Of a DNA stretch of 20,000 nucleotides, positions 17,701-20,000 are shown one piece after another. Location: the IMG/VR virus record IMGVR_UViG_3300037603_000040, one strand, 5' to 3'. The DNA comes from an uncultured virus (IMG/VR IMGVR_UViG_3300037603_000040). Taxonomy: Duplodnaviria > Heunggongvirae > Uroviricota > Caudoviricetes > Schitoviridae. Made by a program: the position numbers and the translations under genes. Position 1 is the stretch's first letter. Each line of letters starts with the position of its first letter. The notes under the pieces were generated by a model that saw nothing but the letters and a program-made list of their open reading frames with translations, was not told the DNA's origin and made no database searches.

Positions 17701-18429
17701 TCATGGTTTTCCAGGATTGGGGCTCACCACTTGAGCATCAGGGGCCGTCGGGTCCACCTTCTTCTGTTCGGGAACCAGGGGCTGATGAGCGATGGTCTTG
17801 GTATGGATCCCCTGCCCGATCGCATTCTGCTGTTGCTGAGCCAGGTCAACCAGCATCCCCTTCAGCTCCTTGAGGCCAGCACTTTCCTGGACACCCAGGT
17901 TGAGATCGATCTCGTGCTTGGTCTCAGGCTTCTTCAGATGGGTCAGGATCGAGTTGGCTGCCTGCATCTGAACCAGTTCAGACTTGGCATTGTCCATGAG
18001 CCAGGCCTGACGATTGATGGCCTTCTGGTAGACATCAGCATTGAGCACCCAGGTGGGAACCAGGGTCTGCTCCAGGATCAGGTTGACCAGCTTGTTCTTG
18101 TTGTATTGAGAGACATAGGCCGAGATCTCTTTCTCGTCAGCCCCTCTTGCAACCAGTGCCTGGTATCGAGCAGGAAAGGTCCGGCTGTAGCTCTCTTGGT
18201 TCGTGAACCCCAGTAGCTTCAGAGACACATAGGCCACGGCATTGAGGTAATCAGATACCTTGAACCGCCCCTCTTTCAGCACCCCAGTATAGGACACGAA
18301 GTTCTGTCTCAGAGTCTCGTTGAACTCTGGATCCGCGGTCAAATTGTTGACTTTGTTCAGGAGACTGGGGGTTGCTGCACTCTTGAGGTGAGCAGGCAGA
18401 ACCTCTCTCAGCATGTCTTGGGTAAGCAT
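17701..18429 (-). CDS. N4 gp69-like protein (candidate small terminase subunit), 242 aa
   Basis: Motifs NFVSYTGVLKEGRFK..DYLNAV.YVS.KL.G, TFPARYQ.L, YNKNKLVNLILEQTLVP.WVLN and AANSILTHLKKPE; upstream of terL as in N4. Start placed at ATG 18429. Confidence 0.85.
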   Translation of the reverse strand: MLTQDMLREVLPAHLKSAATPSLLNKVNNLTADPEFNETLRQNFVSYTGVLKEGRFKVSDYLNAVAYVSLKLLGFTNQESYSRTFPARYQALVARGADEKEISAYVSQYNKNKLVNLILEQTLVPTWVLNADVYQKAINRQAWLMDNAKSELVQMQAANSILTHLKKPETKHEIDLNLGVQESAGLKELKGMLVDLAQQQQNAIGQGIHTKTIAHQPLVPEQKKVDPTAPDAQVVSPNPGKP

Positions 18430-18537
18430 GAATGGCTTCCATCTTGGTAATGAGGGATCGATACTTAGTCCAAGCATATGTGCTTTCCAGGAAATTTAGC
18501 AGCTTAGCTATTAGGTTATCAACATATTTATTATCAA

Positions 18538-18602
18538 TCTCTCTGAGAACACTCCTTTCAGAAAAGGCTGCGCCTTTTCTTACAGTCATGTTCTCAGAGA
18601 GA
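18538..18602. repeat. Nested perfect inverted repeats (65-bp potential cruciform)
   Basis: TCTCTCTGAGAACA (18538-18551) / TGTTCTCAGAGAGA (18589-18602) enclose AGAAAAGGC-tgc-GCCTTTTCT (18560-18580) with symmetric 8-nt gaps. Confidence 0.9.
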
Positions 18603-18929
18603 ATAACTATTAATTAACTATATATAATCTCTATATAATCACTTTATAAAGGGTTCCCCTTGGTGTGTTTTTTAGAGAGTTAGGGAATAGGTCGTAAAGG
18701 ATAGTCATGATTTTAGGATATAGGTGTTACATATTAGACACACTATATGGAGAATTCCAGGCAACATATTCCAGGAAAATCATATAATTTTTCATAAGGG
18801 ATTTTGGGATAGGTATGTCTCATCGCACCACACACTAGGTGGGTACTTCATTATAACTGGAATATCCCCCCCCCCTGTTGTTACCCTCATACACCTGGAT
18901 ACCCACCCCACCTACTCTCTCTAGCTCTG

Positions 18930-18948
18930 GCTCCTTCGGAGCTCATGG
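18930..18948 (+). promoter_or_regulatory. N4-type virion RNA polymerase hairpin promoter 1
   Basis: GCTCC-TTC-GGAGC-TCAT-GG: 5-bp stem, template-strand loop C-GAA-G, and a G (18947) 11 nt from the loop centre, matching N4 promoter geometry. Confidence 0.85.
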
Positions 18949-18986
18949 GACTTATCCCTTCATTCCCTAGCTAGGAGTATCTACCC

Positions 18987-19316
18987 ATGGCCAACGTCAT
19001 GCTTGCCACCCGTCAGACTGCCACTGACGTCCTGTCCACTGTCTCTGTCATCACAGGGACCATCACCGCAGGCTCTCGCTCCATTGAGAACCTTGCCCGT
19101 GTTGCTGAGGCCAACTCAGCAGCATACCTCGACAACGTCCAAGCCGACATTGCCGAGAACGCAGCACGTCGCAAGACTCTGCGCATTTTCCGTGCCAAGG
19201 AGGAAATCTCCCTCGAGATCCTCGCCATTCAGCAGCGTCTCAACAAAGATCCCGAGCTGGCTCACATCTTCAACAACATCGACGACAACTTGTCCGTCAA
19301 CGTCACCACCAAGTGA
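18987..19316 (+). CDS. First early gene, N4 gp1-like helical protein (109 aa)
   Basis: AGGAG SD; first gene after promoter 1; size and Thr/Val-rich N-terminus fit N4 gp1-like proteins (family call from recall and position). Confidence 0.7.
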   Translation: MANVMLATRQTATDVLSTVSVITGTITAGSRSIENLARVAEANSAAYLDNVQADIAENAARRKTLRIFRAKEEISLEILAIQQRLNKDPELAHIFNNIDDNLSVNVTTK

Positions 19317-19327
19317 CCCTATCCTCA

Positions 19328-19361
19328 CCCTAGTCCCTTCGGGGGCTAGGGCTCTCTTTTT
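19328..19361 (+). terminator. Rho-independent terminator with UUCG tetraloop
   Basis: CCCTAGTCCC-TTCG-GGGGCTAGGG (one G-U pair) followed by CTCTCTTTTT, just after the 19316 stop. Confidence 0.85.
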
Positions 19362-19382
19362 CACACCTAAATACACCACACC
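19361..19382 (-). repeat. GGTGT pentamer array (after the early terminator)
   Basis: Minus strand reads ggtgt ggtgt attta ggtgt ga. Confidence 0.65.
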
Positions 19383-19547
19383 TGATAGAGGCTAGATAGA
19401 GGTGTGGGAGTTATACCCTCTCGAACACGCCTCAAACCCTGCTTAGACTCGCTGTGCTCGTCGCTGAGTGGCCTTCTCCACTTCTGAGGTATCCTCGCCT
19501 GCCTCAGCCTCTACTCCTAACCTCTAGGTTCCTCTCTGCCTTTACAG

Positions 19548-19566
19548 GATCCTACGGATCTCATGG
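19548..19566 (+). promoter_or_regulatory. N4-type virion RNA polymerase hairpin promoter 2
   Basis: GATCC-TAC-GGATC-TCAT-GG; template loop C-GTA-G; predicted +1 G at 19565; compensatory stem change relative to promoter 1. Confidence 0.75.
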
Positions 19567-19618
19567 AAGGCTGAGCATAGAGCTCGCCATTGGATTACTC
19601 TCTCAGAAGGAGACTACT

Positions 19619-19822
19619 ATGACCGATCAACACATCCAAACATCCGTGCATGTCTACTCTGTTGTTCACATCCCCGAAGGAGGGCGTGGAGTCGTTAGCC
19701 GTACTATTGGGACCAACAAGCTTGAAGCCATTGAGCGTGCTGAGCAACGTCGTAAAGACTTCCCAACTGCTGAAATCGTGCGTGTGGTCTCTCCCACACT
19801 CGGTATCGTCTACGAAATCTGA
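19619..19822 (+). CDS. Early hypothetical protein (67 aa)
   Basis: AAGGAG SD before ATG 19619 (MTDQHIQTSVHVYSVV...). The track's longer start spans the promoter and is unlikely. Confidence 0.75.
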   Translation: MTDQHIQTSVHVYSVVHIPEGGRGVVSRTIGTNKLEAIERAEQRRKDFPTAEIVRVVSPTLGIVYEI

Positions 19823-19825
19823 GCT

Positions 19826-19844
19826 GCTCCTTCGGAGCTTTCGG
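19826..19844 (+). promoter_or_regulatory. N4-type virion RNA polymerase hairpin promoter 3
   Basis: GCTCC-TTC-GGAGC-TTTC-GG; hairpin identical to promoter 1; predicted +1 G at 19843. Confidence 0.85.
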
Positions 19845-19902
19845 AAGTGTAGTCCTGCGCTTCCGTTTACCCTGAAACAACCACATAACTAGGAGTCGCG
19901 TT

Positions 19903-20000
19903 ATGTTTAAGACCATCTTCGACGAGGTCATCATTGGCCTCAAATCCCTGTCCTGTGTGTCCATCACACTGGGCATCATGACCGGCGTCTTCGTGGCAGT
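19903..20000 (+). CDS. Early small hydrophobic protein, truncated by the window edge
   Basis: AGGAG SD at 19891-19895, ATG 19903: MFKTIFDEVIIGLKSLSCVSITLGIMTGVFVA... Confidence 0.7.
   Translation, partial: MFKTIFDEVIIGLKSLSCVSITLGIMTGVFVA

Noticed and set aside
18724..18924. 66-aa ORF (and 18251-18589, 18432-18617) around the junction region
   Set aside because: No convincing SD, atypical composition, and they overlap structured non-coding DNA or gp69.
19328..19351. CCTTCGG hairpin as a fourth vRNAP promoter
   Set aside because: Pairs best as a UUCG tetraloop with a G-U pair, follows a stop codon and has a T-tract, so it is a terminator.
1..20000. CRISPR array, tRNA, intron/intein or integrase
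   Set aside because: No regularly spaced repeats or cloverleaf seen; terL, portal and MCP are uninterrupted and of normal length.

Overview
The window is part of an N4-like podophage genome (Schitoviridae). An alphaproteobacterial/Roseobacter-type host is inferred only from GC content and gene style. Bases 1-18430 are the late module, all on the minus strand, in N4 gene order: gp69-like protein, DUF5664 nucleotide diphosphohydrolase, large terminase, gp67-like adaptor, a 1625-aa modular tail fibre with two accessory proteins, a lysis cassette (GH24 endolysin plus four small membrane proteins), a transglycosylase-like protein, portal, gp58, gp57, major capsid protein and gp55. It ends in a truncated Tad2/DUF2829-type anti-defence sponge gene that the ORF track misses. 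Bases 18430-18930 are AT-rich non-coding DNA with a 65-bp nested inverted repeat, probably the genome-end/terminal-repeat region. Bases 18930-20000 are the start of the early region on the plus strand: three small genes, each behind a virion-RNAP-type hairpin promoter. Most notable are the two-domain Tad2-like gene in the capsid operon, the hydrolase coupled to terL, the three covarying hairpin promoters, and a dispersed GGTGT pentamer-array motif in several intergenic gaps. All family assignments are by motif recognition and synteny; no database search was run.
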